Part shown: piece after piece, positions 31,609 to 42,339 of the stretch
How the letters are laid out: each line of letters opens with the position of its first letter
How positions within the stretch are numbered: the first letter of the stretch is position 1
NCBI GenBank assembly: GCA_047285805.1
Contig: JBJBCN010000003.1
Location: 320,001-384,000, forward strand
From: Synechococcus sp.
GTDB lineage: Bacteria; Cyanobacteriota; Cyanobacteriia; PCC-6307; Cyanobiaceae
Direction: 5' to 3'
Length of the DNA stretch: 64,000 bases
The notes under the pieces: generated by a model
Seen by the model: only the letters and a program-made list of their open reading frames with translations
What the model was told of the DNA's origin: nothing
The model's database searches: none
Made by a program: the position numbers and the translations under genes

Positions 31609-33297
31609 GTGCAATTGAAGAAGCTTCTCAACATAATACTGTACGGCTTTGTCCTCTTCTTTTGTGCAGTTTTCGTCTTTAAGTCTATCTATAGTGCAGG
31701 GCTTGTGCATGAGCCTAAGAAGTCTGGAACGGATGCCGCAGGATATTCAATTTTATCCAAGCAAATCCGTGACGATAAGTTTCTGAACAAGTTAACGGCT
31801 TCACCCAAACCAAGCAAGCTTGAAAAAATTGCTATTCAAGTTGCGCGCGATAGCAAAGAGAGCCCTAAGAAGTGGGAAACAGGATTGGCCCCAAATTCAT
31901 TCCGATACAATTCAAACCTGTCTAGGAATGTGTCCCAATATCCCTTGGGGACTTCGTACTTAATGTCTTTTTTCCCAAGTCAGTTAGAAGTCAGGGCGCT
32001 TCTCATTGGCTGCTTAGTTGGGTCAACCCTAGTATTTTCTTACTTAATAGTAGATGCGCGGGAATCTTCATTTGGGCTTAAGGCTTTAATATTATTAAGC
32101 TGGTTTATATGTCTTTGGCTATGCCGAGAATATTTAAGTCATAGCTTTTCAATGTTTCCAACACTTGTTTTATCCTTAATCTGCGGGTTGGTCTCCGTGA
32201 AGGCCAGTTGGTTCGACAAGCTGAGTACACCAGATGCAGCAGCAAGCGTAAGAATTAAGGAGCAAAGCAAGGTTGCAAGCCTTGGCATGTTACTAGGTCT
32301 GTCATTATGGTTTAGAACCAGCAATATTATCCTGGGCCTTCCAATAGTAGTAAGCCTGCTTTTTTGCCCCCGCGACTCTAATTCAGAGGCGCTGGAAAGA
32401 GAGCGATGCACAATTATGGGGCGATTAAAGAATTTCTGGCATGAAAGAAGACTTTTACTCCGAAGACTCTTGCCTGTAGCTAGTGGCTTCATCATAGGCT
32501 TAATGCCGTTGCTGACCACTAATTTTATAATCAGCGGGAATATCTTATTCTCTAATTACCCTTCCTACGATAGGACAGCCGCTAACTCTATATGGTCTAT
32601 TTACGGCAATCTTGAGACATTATTTCTGCGGAGTGGGCCTGATTCGCTGCTTCTTGTACTTGCAATTGTTGTGCTTGCAATATGTGAGATGCGCAGCAGC
32701 TCAATAGGGTTTAGGTATGCATCTGACTACTGGAAGCTGGCCATTATTATTCTTATCTGTAGCGCACTCTTGATTTCACTGAAAACTGTAATTGCGTCTT
32801 ATTATGTGTCCTCTGTCGCTTTTTTCTACCTAGCACATAGTCTCACTTGGCTCATTGATTCACTCGTTTGCAAGAAGAAAAGGGGGCCTGCTGCAAATAT
32901 CATTTGCGGACTTGTATTTGCAGTAAGCATCATCACCATCGGTCCATATATTACCTCTATATCGCGTGCTATAGATAATCAAGTTACTCGAGAGGAAAGA
33001 CCTTTACTGGAAAGCCTGAGATCCGATGATATCGTAGTATGGTCAGATGAAGAGTCTGGTTACCTGTATTATAGATTCGGGATCCTGGGCTTAAGACATA
33101 CTCGAATGAGTAGTGCGTTGTCACAATCTATTATGTGTAGTCTGAATCGCAATGGATACAAGCAATACCTTGAGGGCTCAATTGGTCAAAGAAAACTTCC
33201 AGGCGATCACAATCTATATGATTTAGGCAAGCCAATTAGTAAAGGGGCGACAGAAGTGCGTGAAATCATTCCGAAGGTTGACCTTTGCCCGGGATAA
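31609..33297 (+). CDS. GT-C-like polytopic membrane protein
   Basis: GTDAAGY after TM1, QYPLG, FRTSN, many TMs, soluble C-terminal domain. Confidence 0.6.
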   Translation: MQLKKLLNIILYGFVLFFCAVFVFKSIYSAGLVHEPKKSGTDAAGYSILSKQIRDDKFLNKLTASPKPSKLEKIAIQVARDSKESPKKWETGLAPNSFRYNSNLSRNVSQYPLGTSYLMSFFPSQLEVRALLIGCLVGSTLVFSYLIVDARESSFGLKALILLSWFICLWLCREYLSHSFSMFPTLVLSLICGLVSVKASWFDKLSTPDAAASVRIKEQSKVASLGMLLGLSLWFRTSNIILGLPIVVSLLFCPRDSNSEALERERCTIMGRLKNFWHERRLLLRRLLPVASGFIIGLMPLLTTNFIISGNILFSNYPSYDRTAANSIWSIYGNLETLFLRSGPDSLLLVLAIVVLAICEMRSSSIGFRYASDYWKLAIIILICSALLISLKTVIASYYVSSVAFFYLAHSLTWLIDSLVCKKKRGPAANIICGLVFAVSIITIGPYITSISRAIDNQVTREERPLLESLRSDDIVVWSDEESGYLYYRFGILGLRHTRMSSALSQSIMCSLNRNGYKQYLEGSIGQRKLPGDHNLYDLGKPISKGATEVREIIPKVDLCPG

Positions 33298-34330
33298 GAG
33301 CCTTCTCCGCAATGACTTCAGATAATTTCTTTGAGGTATTGGTCCAACTGAAGCGACGTGCATGTTCAGTACCTCTAAGGTGCAGATTAAATTGCTCATA
33401 TTCTGACGATAAGATTTTAGTTATTGAGTCGACGAGGTCAGATACTGAATACGGATCAATTAATATTGCAGCCTTGCTAGCTACTTCTTGAGTGCCTGAT
33501 CCATAGCTCGTTATTACAGGACAACCACAAGCCATTGCTTCAAGGATCGGGAGGCCAAAACCCTCCCAAAGGCTCGGATAAACAAAAGCACAAGCTCCTC
33601 TGTACCAGTTGGGAAGGTCTGCATAGGGTACGTAGCTCTTGAAAATTACCCTGTCCAACAGATTTAATTCGGCAACCAACTCTTGGAGTCGGATGGTCTC
33701 TGAGTGATGAGGCTTACCCAACAAAAGCAAGTCGACATATGGGAATCTGTGCGCAATTGAATTAAAAGCCTGTATTAAGCGCTTTAGATTTTTATGAGGA
33801 TAGGCCTGCCCAACATGCAGTAGATAGGGACGGTGGTGAAGACGCTGAAAGGACTCTGTAAAATAAAAATGCTCAGAATCGTAACCAAGGGGTGTAACGC
33901 TAATCTTATCTTCTGATACACCTATGCACCGGTTTATTTCAGCTGCAGTAAAATAAGAATTGGTGAGTATGTGGGTACACTGTCTTAGGAGTGGTGGAAC
34001 CCAGCTTTTGAAATAAAGCGTTTGCATTGAGCACTCCGGGTGAATTAAAGGTCTTAAGTCATGGACCATTAGGATCTGAGGAATAGCCTGATCGCCAAGA
34101 TAGCCCTCAGGAGCAGGGGTGAATATAAGATCGGCCTTATATTTCCTGGCCAGCATTGGTAGCTGCATTTGAGTCCAGGCCAAGCGCATCAAACGCTGTT
34201 TACTGGCTCCACAGCCGCCACCAGGAACAAGAATATGCTCGAACTTCTGAAGCGTCGGCAAGACAGCATTGGCGTAAACACCAATTCCTGTAGGCTGATG
34301 CAAGACGGGCTTGTAATTCAGAAGAAGCAT
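33266..34330 (-). CDS. Glycosyltransferase family 4 (mannosyltransferase-like)
   Basis: TGIGVYA, VHDL, HKNL, YPSLWEGFGLPILEAMACG. Confidence 0.92.
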   Translation of the reverse strand: MLLLNYKPVLHQPTGIGVYANAVLPTLQKFEHILVPGGGCGASKQRLMRLAWTQMQLPMLARKYKADLIFTPAPEGYLGDQAIPQILMVHDLRPLIHPECSMQTLYFKSWVPPLLRQCTHILTNSYFTAAEINRCIGVSEDKISVTPLGYDSEHFYFTESFQRLHHRPYLLHVGQAYPHKNLKRLIQAFNSIAHRFPYVDLLLLGKPHHSETIRLQELVAELNLLDRVIFKSYVPYADLPNWYRGACAFVYPSLWEGFGLPILEAMACGCPVITSYGSGTQEVASKAAILIDPYSVSDLVDSITKILSSEYEQFNLHLRGTEHARRFSWTNTSKKLSEVIAEKALIPGKGQPSE

Positions 34331-34334
34331 GATT

Positions 34335-35114
34335 TCAAGTTAGGCCAATCAGGCGACGGCGACTATATTTCAACCAATTGAGAAGCCAACATGCAGCACT
34401 CCAAAAAAAGTTGAGATGGAGAGTCTGCGCACGAAACGTTTCCGCGTACACAGCACCAATCTTGGTGTGACTAACTCCCGCCTGCACGATGTTCAAGACT
34501 GAATTCGGGATATGAATTGCACGCACTGCAGGCGAGAGACGTAAAAACCATTCATAGTCGCCACATATTTTGAAACTGGGATCAAACAACCCAAATCGGT
34601 CAAACAAGTCGCGCCGCACAAGCATCCCTGGATGCGCGACATTCATCGACTCTCGCATGCGTCTCCAACGCCAGGAAGAGCCCCAGTCTCTCAAAAAACG
34701 ACCATCTGAAGAGTAATAGGAGTTTCGACATGTAATTAACTCTGCTGACGAGCTAGTCAGACCAAGCAAGTGCTGCAAAATCTCGGAGCTCACAAAGGTG
34801 TCATCAGCACCGATGAAACACAAATAAGTTCCTCGCGCCAACTTGACCCCTCGATTCCACGCGTCATAGATCCCAACATCAGGCTGAGAACTGCAGCGAA
34901 TCAGGTGATGAGGATGTGCTTCTTGATAATCCCGCACCAGTTGAAATAGACCATCAGAAGAACAATTGTCGAGAATCAACAACTCCCAATCACCTGACCC
35001 TTGCTTCTCGAGACTCCTGAAAAAATTGGCTAATAAGGGAGCACAATTCCAGGTTGCCATCAAGATTGAAATCTTGGGTGCGGCAACAAGCTCCTGGATC
35101 CCCGACATGTTCAA
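34335..35114 (-). CDS. Glycosyltransferase family 2 (WcaE-like)
   Basis: [32 protein letters not shown]. Confidence 0.9.
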   Translation of the reverse strand: MNMSGIQELVAAPKISILMATWNCAPLLANFFRSLEKQGSGDWELLILDNCSSDGLFQLVRDYQEAHPHHLIRCSSQPDVGIYDAWNRGVKLARGTYLCFIGADDTFVSSEILQHLLGLTSSSAELITCRNSYYSSDGRFLRDWGSSWRWRRMRESMNVAHPGMLVRRDLFDRFGLFDPSFKICGDYEWFLRLSPAVRAIHIPNSVLNIVQAGVSHTKIGAVYAETFRAQTLHLNFFWSAACWLLNWLKYSRRRLIGLT

Positions 35115-36379
35115 ACGGAGAGGATGCTCACCAGCTGATCAATCTCAGTTAACTTAAGGGTCTGCTCCTTCTGCAGTTCCGTGTCCTGACGAAGAGCCTT
35201 CAAGGTCACGATTCCCTGCTCTACCTCGCCATCACCAAGCACACCAGCCCAAGCTGAACCGCTTCGATCAGCTCGCTTGAACTGCTTGCCAAAGGCTGAA
35301 CCCGACGAATCCAACTCCACCCTCAATCCGCGTTGCCTCAGCTTTCTCGCCAGAGCAAGCGCAGACCATTGCGCCTGTACACCCCGATTCACGAGATACA
35401 GATCGGGAGCTTCACTAGCCACTGGAGCTAACTGCGAAAGCAAAAGCACCAAACGCTCTAACCCAATAGCCCAGCCAATGGCGGGAGTCGATGCCCCACC
35501 GAGCTGCTCCACTAGACCGTCGTAGCGACCACCGCCACACACCGTGGCCTGAGCCCCGAGCTGATCACTGGTGATTTCAAAGGCAGTGTGGCTGTAGTAA
35601 TCCAAACCACGTACCAGCCGAGAATTCAAGGCAAAAGGAATTCCAAGAGCTCTCAAGCCAGAGCACACCTGAGCAAAGCGCTCCTGACTCTCTTGGGACA
35701 ATGCACCGGCAAGCATGGGGGCATCCGCCAATAAGGCTTGGGTGTCCTTGTTCTTGCTGTCGAGAATGCGCAGGGGATTGGTACTCAAGCGAGCCTGAGA
35801 ATCCTCATCCAATTGGGTCTCGCGAGCTGACAGCCAAGCCACGAGTTCATCGCGATAGCGAGCGCGATCTGACGCACTGCCGAGGGAATTGAGCTCCAGC
35901 ACCAAATCTTGGACACCCAAGTCCTGGAGCAGATCCCAAGCTGTCGCAATCGCCTCAACGTCCGAACGCGCCGAGTCAAAGCCAAGCATTTCAAGGCCAA
36001 TCTGGTGAAACTGGCGCTGCCGTCCAGCCTGGGGACGCTCATAGCGGAACATCGGACCGCCGTACCAGAGCCGTTGTGGGCCCTGGCTCAGCAATCCGTG
36101 CTGAATCGCTGCTCGGACCACGGAAGCGGTGCCCTCTGGCCTCAATGTGCAACTGCGATCCCCACGGTCGCTGAAGGTGTACATCTCCTTGCCGACCACG
36201 TCGGTGGCTTCACCGATGCCACGAGCAAATAACTCGGTGGTTTCCAGAACGGGCGTTCGAATCTCCGCGACACCCGCTCGAGCGAAGTGGTAACGGGCCG
36301 TGGCTTCCACCTGCTGCCAGAGGCCGATTTGCTCGGGCAACAGATCGACCATGCCCCGCAGACTCTGCAGCTTCGCCAC
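35111..36379 (-). CDS. hisS: Histidine--tRNA ligase
   Basis: [48 protein letters not shown] start 36379 downstream of AGGAG preferred to ORF-track start 36544. Confidence 0.97.
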   Translation of the reverse strand: MAKLQSLRGMVDLLPEQIGLWQQVEATARYHFARAGVAEIRTPVLETTELFARGIGEATDVVGKEMYTFSDRGDRSCTLRPEGTASVVRAAIQHGLLSQGPQRLWYGGPMFRYERPQAGRQRQFHQIGLEMLGFDSARSDVEAIATAWDLLQDLGVQDLVLELNSLGSASDRARYRDELVAWLSARETQLDEDSQARLSTNPLRILDSKNKDTQALLADAPMLAGALSQESQERFAQVCSGLRALGIPFALNSRLVRGLDYYSHTAFEITSDQLGAQATVCGGGRYDGLVEQLGGASTPAIGWAIGLERLVLLLSQLAPVASEAPDLYLVNRGVQAQWSALALARKLRQRGLRVELDSSGSAFGKQFKRADRSGSAWAGVLGDGEVEQGIVTLKALRQDTELQKEQTLKLTEIDQLVSILSV

Positions 36380-36437
36380 CACCACTCCTGAACTGAGGCC
36401 AGTTTGGAGGATCAACGGAAAAGACGACAATGCGGGA

Positions 36438-37655
36438 GTGACTGGACAAACCCACACCTCGCGGCGGCAAGCTGCAGCACTGCTACTGGGCTCAGTGGCC
36501 TTCTCAGTGGCGGCCTTGGAGTTGGGCTGTCGCCTCCTTGGCATAGAGGCCCCCAGGCTTTACCGAACTGATCCCGATCGCGGCTGGACCCTCAAAGCCA
36601 ACGTGCGCACCCACTGGAGTCAGGAGGGATCCGCTCCAGTGCGCACCAATTCCCAGGGCTATCGAGACAGGGAATGGGCATTGGTGAAGAAGCCGGGCGT
36701 TTTGCGCATTGCCGTCCTTGGCGATTCCTTCACCGAAGCCCTACAGGTGCCACTGGAGCAAACCTGGGTGAATCAACTGCCCGCGGCGATGACAGCGGTA
36801 CCGGAATGTCGCCTACTGAAAGGATTTCCTGAAGGCGCTGAAACCCTGAATTTCGGAGTCGGCGGTTACGGAACAGGGCAGAGCTGGCTGACCTGGGAAA
36901 AGGACGCTCAGCGGTTTCAACCGCAAGTGATCCTTCACGCCGTCTACTTCGAAAATGATCTCAGGGACAACATTCAGAGTGAACGGGGGAGTGGCTCCGG
37001 ACCAACGTTTTCACTCAATCAAGGCACCCTGAGTCGCAGCGACGCCTTCCGCAGCAGCCCGGAATATCGCTTCAGACAGTCCTTAGCCGGACAACTCAGT
37101 GACTGGGTCCTGAGCTGGAGCCGTCTCGCCCAATTGATCAACCAACTCAAAAATCTGCGTAACTCCCGGGCTGGAGAAGAGTGCGCTGCAGCTGGCTGCA
37201 CTTTTTTCCCACTGGGTCCGGATGGCACGAAACTCTATGGTCCGGATCCGGAAGATCTCCCAAGGAACTGGGAGATCTTCCGGAGCATCCTTCGTCAATG
37301 GAATCAAGAATCAGAGAACAGGGGAAGTCGACTGGTTGTCACGAGCGTGACCACGCCTCCGCAACTGTGGCCGAATCGCCGAGAACGTGACCAAAAAGTC
37401 AAAGACCAGCACCTGGACTGGTTCAAACCCGAAACGCAGCTCGCTGCACTCCTCAAACAGGATGGAATTCCCTACCTGCCTCTTGCCCCAGAGCTGCAGC
37501 GACAGGCGGATGAACAAGGCTTAATTGCCCACGGTTTCGTCGGGCAAAAACCCGGACCTGGCTACGGCCATTGGAACCGAGAGGGGCACAAAGCAGCCGC
37601 AACCGCTCTTGCTCAAAAGCTCTGCTCCCTGGACCCACCCCGGATCAGTGGTTGA
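36438..37655 (+). CDS. Membrane-anchored SGNH/GDSL hydrolase-fold protein
   Basis: Single N-terminal [36 protein letters not shown] start 36438 avoids overlap with hisS. Confidence 0.85.
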   Translation: MTGQTHTSRRQAAALLLGSVAFSVAALELGCRLLGIEAPRLYRTDPDRGWTLKANVRTHWSQEGSAPVRTNSQGYRDREWALVKKPGVLRIAVLGDSFTEALQVPLEQTWVNQLPAAMTAVPECRLLKGFPEGAETLNFGVGGYGTGQSWLTWEKDAQRFQPQVILHAVYFENDLRDNIQSERGSGSGPTFSLNQGTLSRSDAFRSSPEYRFRQSLAGQLSDWVLSWSRLAQLINQLKNLRNSRAGEECAAAGCTFFPLGPDGTKLYGPDPEDLPRNWEIFRSILRQWNQESENRGSRLVVTSVTTPPQLWPNRRERDQKVKDQHLDWFKPETQLAALLKQDGIPYLPLAPELQRQADEQGLIAHGFVGQKPGPGYGHWNREGHKAAATALAQKLCSLDPPRISG

Positions 37656-37685
37656 ATCCAACACAACGCGGAGCACCAGAGCCCC

Positions 37686-38726
37686 TTGGCACAACTGCTG
37701 ATCACTGGCGGAGCAGGCTTTATTGGCAGCCACACCTGCCTGGTGTTGCTGGAGGCTGGTCACGATCTCGTGGTGCTGGATGACTTCAGCAACAGCTCAC
37801 CCGAATCGCTCAGGCGCGTCCGCCAACTCGCAAATCTGGGGAGCAGCTCCGCGCGACTCCAGGTTGTGGAAGGAGACATCAGAAGCAAGAGCGACCTTCG
37901 AAAAGCCTTCCAGACAGGGACATGCATCGACGCAGTCATCCACTTCGCCGGCCTCAAGGCTGTGGGCGAGTCCGTGCGTGAGCCCCTGCGCTACTGGGAT
38001 GTGAATGTCGCCGGCAGTCAATCCCTGCTCTCTGTCATGCCGGAGGAGAACTGCCGCACTCTCGCCTTCAGCAGCAGCGCCACCCTCTACGGCTTGCCCG
38101 AGCGTATCCCCGTTACTGAAGACGATCCGGTCCAGCCCATCAACCCATACGGCTTCACCAAGGCGGCTGTGGAGCAAATGCTGAAGGACCTCAGCAGCAG
38201 CGAACCGGGTTGGCGCATCGCACGTTTGCGCTACTTCAACCCCGTCGGCGCCCACCCCAGCGGCCAGATCGGAGAAGACCCCAACGGCATTCCCAACAAC
38301 CTCTTCCCCTTCGTCTCTCAAGTGGCGGTTGGACGGCGCCAAGAGCTCCAAATCTTTGGGAGCGACTGGCCAACCCCCGATGGCACAGGCGTCCGGGACT
38401 ACATCCACGTCATGGACCTGGCCGAGGGGCACCTCGCCGCCATTCAGCACCTCATGGAGCAAGGACCCCAGTTGCTCACCGTGAACCTGGGCAGCGGACA
38501 AGGGCATTCCGTCTTGGAGGTGGTCCAAGCCTTTGAGCAAGCCTCGGACAGACCCGTGGCTTACCGACTCGTGGAGCGCCGCCCTGGAGACGCGGCAACC
38601 ACTGTGGCGGATCCGTCCTTGGCGAATCGCGTGCTGGGGTGGCGTACGAAGCGGTCGCTGGAAGAGATCTGCCGCGATGGCTGGTCCTGGCAGTCCCAAA
38701 ACCCAGAGGGTTACAGCGACAGCTGA
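37686..38726 (+). CDS. galE: UDP-glucose 4-epimerase
   Basis: GGAGFIGSH, HFAGLKAVGES, PYGFTK, LRYFNPVGAH, DGTGVRDYIHV. Confidence 0.96.
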   Translation: MAQLLITGGAGFIGSHTCLVLLEAGHDLVVLDDFSNSSPESLRRVRQLANLGSSSARLQVVEGDIRSKSDLRKAFQTGTCIDAVIHFAGLKAVGESVREPLRYWDVNVAGSQSLLSVMPEENCRTLAFSSSATLYGLPERIPVTEDDPVQPINPYGFTKAAVEQMLKDLSSSEPGWRIARLRYFNPVGAHPSGQIGEDPNGIPNNLFPFVSQVAVGRRQELQIFGSDWPTPDGTGVRDYIHVMDLAEGHLAAIQHLMEQGPQLLTVNLGSGQGHSVLEVVQAFEQASDRPVAYRLVERRPGDAATTVADPSLANRVLGWRTKRSLEEICRDGWSWQSQNPEGYSDS

Positions 38727-39949
38727 TCCAGCGCTGCAAGACGCAAAGCCTTAAGCCGAGCACCGAGTTTCGGACCAGGTCTTAACCCCTCCTCCTGCAT
38801 CAAGGCCTGCGCAGAAATCGGTGAACGCACATGCCGCCATCGGCCCCACCAACGCAGCATTGAATGCCAATGGAGACCACCCAACGTGATAGCCAAAGCC
38901 ACTGCCTCAGGACCGAGCCCAGGCGCTTCCAAAAACTGAGCCCACCACGAGGGCAGCAGTGCATCGGTCGGGACTGAGTTGAGTCGGTTCTTCAATTCCT
39001 GGAGTTGCACCAAGAGCTTGTGCTGACGGTGCGGCAACTGAAGCCGTTCCGCTAAACCCAAAGGATCAGTAGCCCCTGCCACCAGCGCCGGCAACAAAGG
39101 CACTGCCAAGCGCTGAGCCCAGTGGAGACGACGGGCCCATGAAGTGTCCTGCTGCAACTGGGTATCGAGCAGAGCCAATCCGCCTGTCTGCTGAAGCACC
39201 TGGACTGCCTCCGGCCAAGGCTCCCGCTCAAACAGCAGTTCCAGCTCCATACGCAGACGCGTCCCCAAAGCCGGCGGGGCTTGGCCTGGATCATCACCAG
39301 GGCGCCAACGCCAGGGCCACTGACCCAGGGTGCTCAGGGCTTGTTGCTGAGCAGCTGTCGAAAACTGAAAGCCCAGCCGCGCCGCGTAGCGAGCCCCGCG
39401 GACCCAGCGCGTGGGGTCATCCCTGAGGCTGCTGGGGTGCAACAAGTTCAGCTGACGTGCTGACATGTCGGCTTGGCCGTAGTGCACATCAAGCAGCTCC
39501 CCACTGGCGAGATCCAAGGCCATGGCATTCACAGTGAAGTCACGGCGAGCCAAGTCATCCCGCAGGCTTCCAAGACGAACTGTGGGGTTCTCTCCTGGTT
39601 GGGGATACGTCTCCTGGCGGGCAGAGGCCACATCCAAGAGCCAGGTGCCACCGAATGCAGCGGGAAGCTCCAGCTCCAACTCGAAGGTGCCAAACGCTCC
39701 GTGCTCTTGAAGGCTGAGGGGGATAGAGAAGCCGAACTGGCACTCCAGCGCATGGGGGAGACGCTGCACCAGATAAGCCGCGCGCCCCTCAACGACGACG
39801 TCCAAATCGGGCAGGCCGCGCCAGGGATCTTCGTGATGGCGGTGCAACAGGAGATCACGAACCACACCTCCGACAAGGGCGCAGCGCTCGCCTGCGGCCG
39901 CCTGAGTCAACGCCTCCAGTAGGGGCTTGGGGACATCAGGAATCTCCAT
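38711..39949 (-). CDS. tRNA nucleotidyltransferase (class II, CCA/A-adding family)
   Basis: LVGGVVRDLL, DLDVVV, DLARRDFTVNAMA, DDPTR. Confidence 0.88.
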   Translation of the reverse strand: MEIPDVPKPLLEALTQAAAGERCALVGGVVRDLLLHRHHEDPWRGLPDLDVVVEGRAAYLVQRLPHALECQFGFSIPLSLQEHGAFGTFELELELPAAFGGTWLLDVASARQETYPQPGENPTVRLGSLRDDLARRDFTVNAMALDLASGELLDVHYGQADMSARQLNLLHPSSLRDDPTRWVRGARYAARLGFQFSTAAQQQALSTLGQWPWRWRPGDDPGQAPPALGTRLRMELELLFEREPWPEAVQVLQQTGGLALLDTQLQQDTSWARRLHWAQRLAVPLLPALVAGATDPLGLAERLQLPHRQHKLLVQLQELKNRLNSVPTDALLPSWWAQFLEAPGLGPEAVALAITLGGLHWHSMLRWWGRWRHVRSPISAQALMQEEGLRPGPKLGARLKALRLAALDQLSL

Positions 39950-39960
39950 CGCCGGCCTAC

Positions 39961-42339
39961 CTACAAGGGCTCGATCGGAGCGAGGCGCGGATCAAGGATC
40001 TTCGGCCCCATGCCCTCGAACTTGACCGCCAACGAGATCTTTTCGCCGCTACCAAACAAGTGCGTGACCTGACCTTCCCCAAAGGAGCTGTGCCGCACAC
40101 GGTCGCCGACGGACCAGGTCCGGGCAGGAGCACGCCGACGGACGGCATTCGCAGGCTGTGATGAAGCAAAACCTGAACCCAGACGGTCGACGCGGGTGAG
40201 GCGATCCAGTCGCTGTTCCCTGCGGATAGCAGCACCACCGCTTCGGGGAATATCCCCTTGCACCAAGGCCTCCGGTAGCTCAGAGAGGAAGACGGACGGT
40301 ACAGCCGGTTCCCTCATGCCGCCCCAGAGACGTCGCTCGCTTGCATGGGATAAGAACAGCCGCTCTTTCGCACGCGTAATGCCGACATAGCAGAGGCGGC
40401 GCTCCTCCTCCATCGCCGCAGGATCTTCCAAGGAGCGGTAGCTGGGGAACAGGCCCTGCTCCATGCCGACCAAAAAGACCACGGGAAACTCCAGACCTTT
40501 GCTGGCGTGCAAGGTCATCAACGTGACCCTGTCCTGCTCGGTGTCCTTGCTGTCCGCGTCACTGGCCAGGGCGGCGGACGCCAGGAACTCCTCGAGGGAG
40601 CCCTCTTCGTTTTCCTCTTGGTACTGGAGTGCCGCGTTGACCAGTTCGTTCAGGTTGCGGCGCCGGTCTTCAGCCTCATCGGTCCCGGCAGCGATCAGCT
40701 CGGCGACATAACCGCTCTTCTCCATGGCGAGTTGAACCAGTTCCGAAGGAGCCGCATCTTCCGAGCGGTCTTTCAAGTGGTTGATCAACTCACAGAACTG
40801 CAACAGTCCCTTTGCGGAACGTCCACCCAGAGAACGAACCGCCTCGGGGTCACTGACCACATCCCAGAGCGGAATATCCAGTTGATTCGCGGCATCCGTC
40901 AGCCGTTCAATCGTGGTCTTACCAATCCCGCGCTTTGGTGTATTCAGGACCCGAAGCAAGCTCACCGTATCGGCAGGATTCACCAACAATTTGAGATACG
41001 CCAGCATGTCTTTGATTTCACGCCGGTCGTAAAAGCGAAGACCGCCCACCACCACATAAGGAATGCCCCAACGCACCAGGGATTCCTCCATCGCACGGGA
41101 CTGGGCATTGGTCCGGTACAACACCGCCATATCGCCCCAGCTCAAGTCGGGGTGTGCCGCATCAAGCATTCGCATGCGGTGAACCACCGCTTCTGCCTCG
41201 GCAATCTCGTCATCACAGCGGGTCAAGGTGAGCAGCTCTCCCTCACCTCGGGTGGGCCGCAAGACCTTGTCGATGCGCTCGCTGTTGTTGGCAATCAGAA
41301 CGTTTGCAGCCTCAAGAATGGTGGCCGTAGAGCGATAGTTTTCCTCCAACTTGACCATGGTCTGGGTGGCTTCATCGGGGGCACCGTCGCCAAAGTCATC
41401 CTGAAAACCCATCAGGATCGTGAAGTCAGCGGCCCGGAAGCTGTAGATGCTCTGATCGGCATCACCCACCACAAACACCGAGCGACCAGCCCAGTCTTCA
41501 AAGGCTTCAGGGTCCCGGCCATCGGTCACCAGAAGCTTGATCAGTTCATATTGTGTGCGGTTGGTGTCTTGGTACTCATCCACCAGCACATGTCGAAAAC
41601 GCCGGTGCCAATAGTTGCGAACCTGCTCGTTCTGGCGCAGCAATTGCACTGGAAGCAGAAGCAGATCGTCGAAATCCAACGCGTTGTTCGCGGCTAACGC
41701 ACGCCGATAACGCCGATAGGTTTCAGCCATCAACTTGCCGCGCTGCCCGCCCGTGTCAGCTTCAAGCTGCTCTGGCATCCAACCCTGGTTCTTGGCGTTA
41801 CTGATAGCCCAGCGCACCTTCTTGGGCTCAAAACGCTTGGGGTCCAGCCCCAGCTCCTGGGTGACAATCTCCTTAACCAGACTCTGGGTATCCCCCTCGT
41901 CGTAGATCGAGAACTGACGCGTCCAGGTCAGGCCCTCTGGATCGCGGAACTTGTCGATGTCAAACCGGAGCAACCGCGCGAAGAGAGCATGGAAAGTGCC
42001 AATCCAGAGGTCTTTGATGACCTCGCGGTAGATCCGCGAGCGCAACTGCCGCTGATCAACGGCGGCCAAGGTGCTCCAAGGCTGTCCGAACTGACTCTGC
42101 GCGAGCTTCTGAGCCAGAAGCAGCTCAAGCCGCTCCTTCATCTCGCGAGCCGCCTTATTCGTGAAGGTGACCGCCAGCAACTCCGCTGGATCAACGCCGT
42201 GCTGCCCAATCATGTGGGCGATGCGGTGGGTTAGAGCGCGGGTTTTACCGCTGCCCGCACCCGCCACCACCAGCAATGGACCCTCATGGTGGTCCACCGC
42301 CTTGCGCTGGGCGTCATTCAGACCAGCCAGAAAACTCAT
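39961..42339 (-). CDS. pcrA: ATP-dependent DNA helicase PcrA/UvrD
   Basis: AGAGSGKT, TFTNKAA, VDEYQDTN, VGDADQSIYSFR, LEENYRST, TLHASKGLEF, EERRLCYVGITRA. Confidence 0.97.
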   Translation of the reverse strand: MSFLAGLNDAQRKAVDHHEGPLLVVAGAGSGKTRALTHRIAHMIGQHGVDPAELLAVTFTNKAAREMKERLELLLAQKLAQSQFGQPWSTLAAVDQRQLRSRIYREVIKDLWIGTFHALFARLLRFDIDKFRDPEGLTWTRQFSIYDEGDTQSLVKEIVTQELGLDPKRFEPKKVRWAISNAKNQGWMPEQLEADTGGQRGKLMAETYRRYRRALAANNALDFDDLLLLPVQLLRQNEQVRNYWHRRFRHVLVDEYQDTNRTQYELIKLLVTDGRDPEAFEDWAGRSVFVVGDADQSIYSFRAADFTILMGFQDDFGDGAPDEATQTMVKLEENYRSTATILEAANVLIANNSERIDKVLRPTRGEGELLTLTRCDDEIAEAEAVVHRMRMLDAAHPDLSWGDMAVLYRTNAQSRAMEESLVRWGIPYVVVGGLRFYDRREIKDMLAYLKLLVNPADTVSLLRVLNTPKRGIGKTTIERLTDAANQLDIPLWDVVSDPEAVRSLGGRSAKGLLQFCELINHLKDRSEDAAPSELVQLAMEKSGYVAELIAAGTDEAEDRRRNLNELVNAALQYQEENEEGSLEEFLASAALASDADSKDTEQDRVTLMTLHASKGLEFPVVFLVGMEQGLFPSYRSLEDPAAMEEERRLCYVGITRAKERLFLSHASERRLWGGMREPAVPSVFLSELPEALVQGDIPRSGGAAIRREQRLDRLTRVDRLGSGFASSQPANAVRRRAPARTWSVGDRVRHSSFGEGQVTHLFGSGEKISLAVKFEGMGPKILDPRLAPIEPL

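Noticed and set aside
37797..38699. 300-aa minus-strand ORF
   Set aside because: Antisense shadow of galE.
40507..41697. 396-aa plus-strand ORF
   Set aside because: Entirely antisense to pcrA with no recognisable motifs; shadow ORF of GC-rich codon usage.
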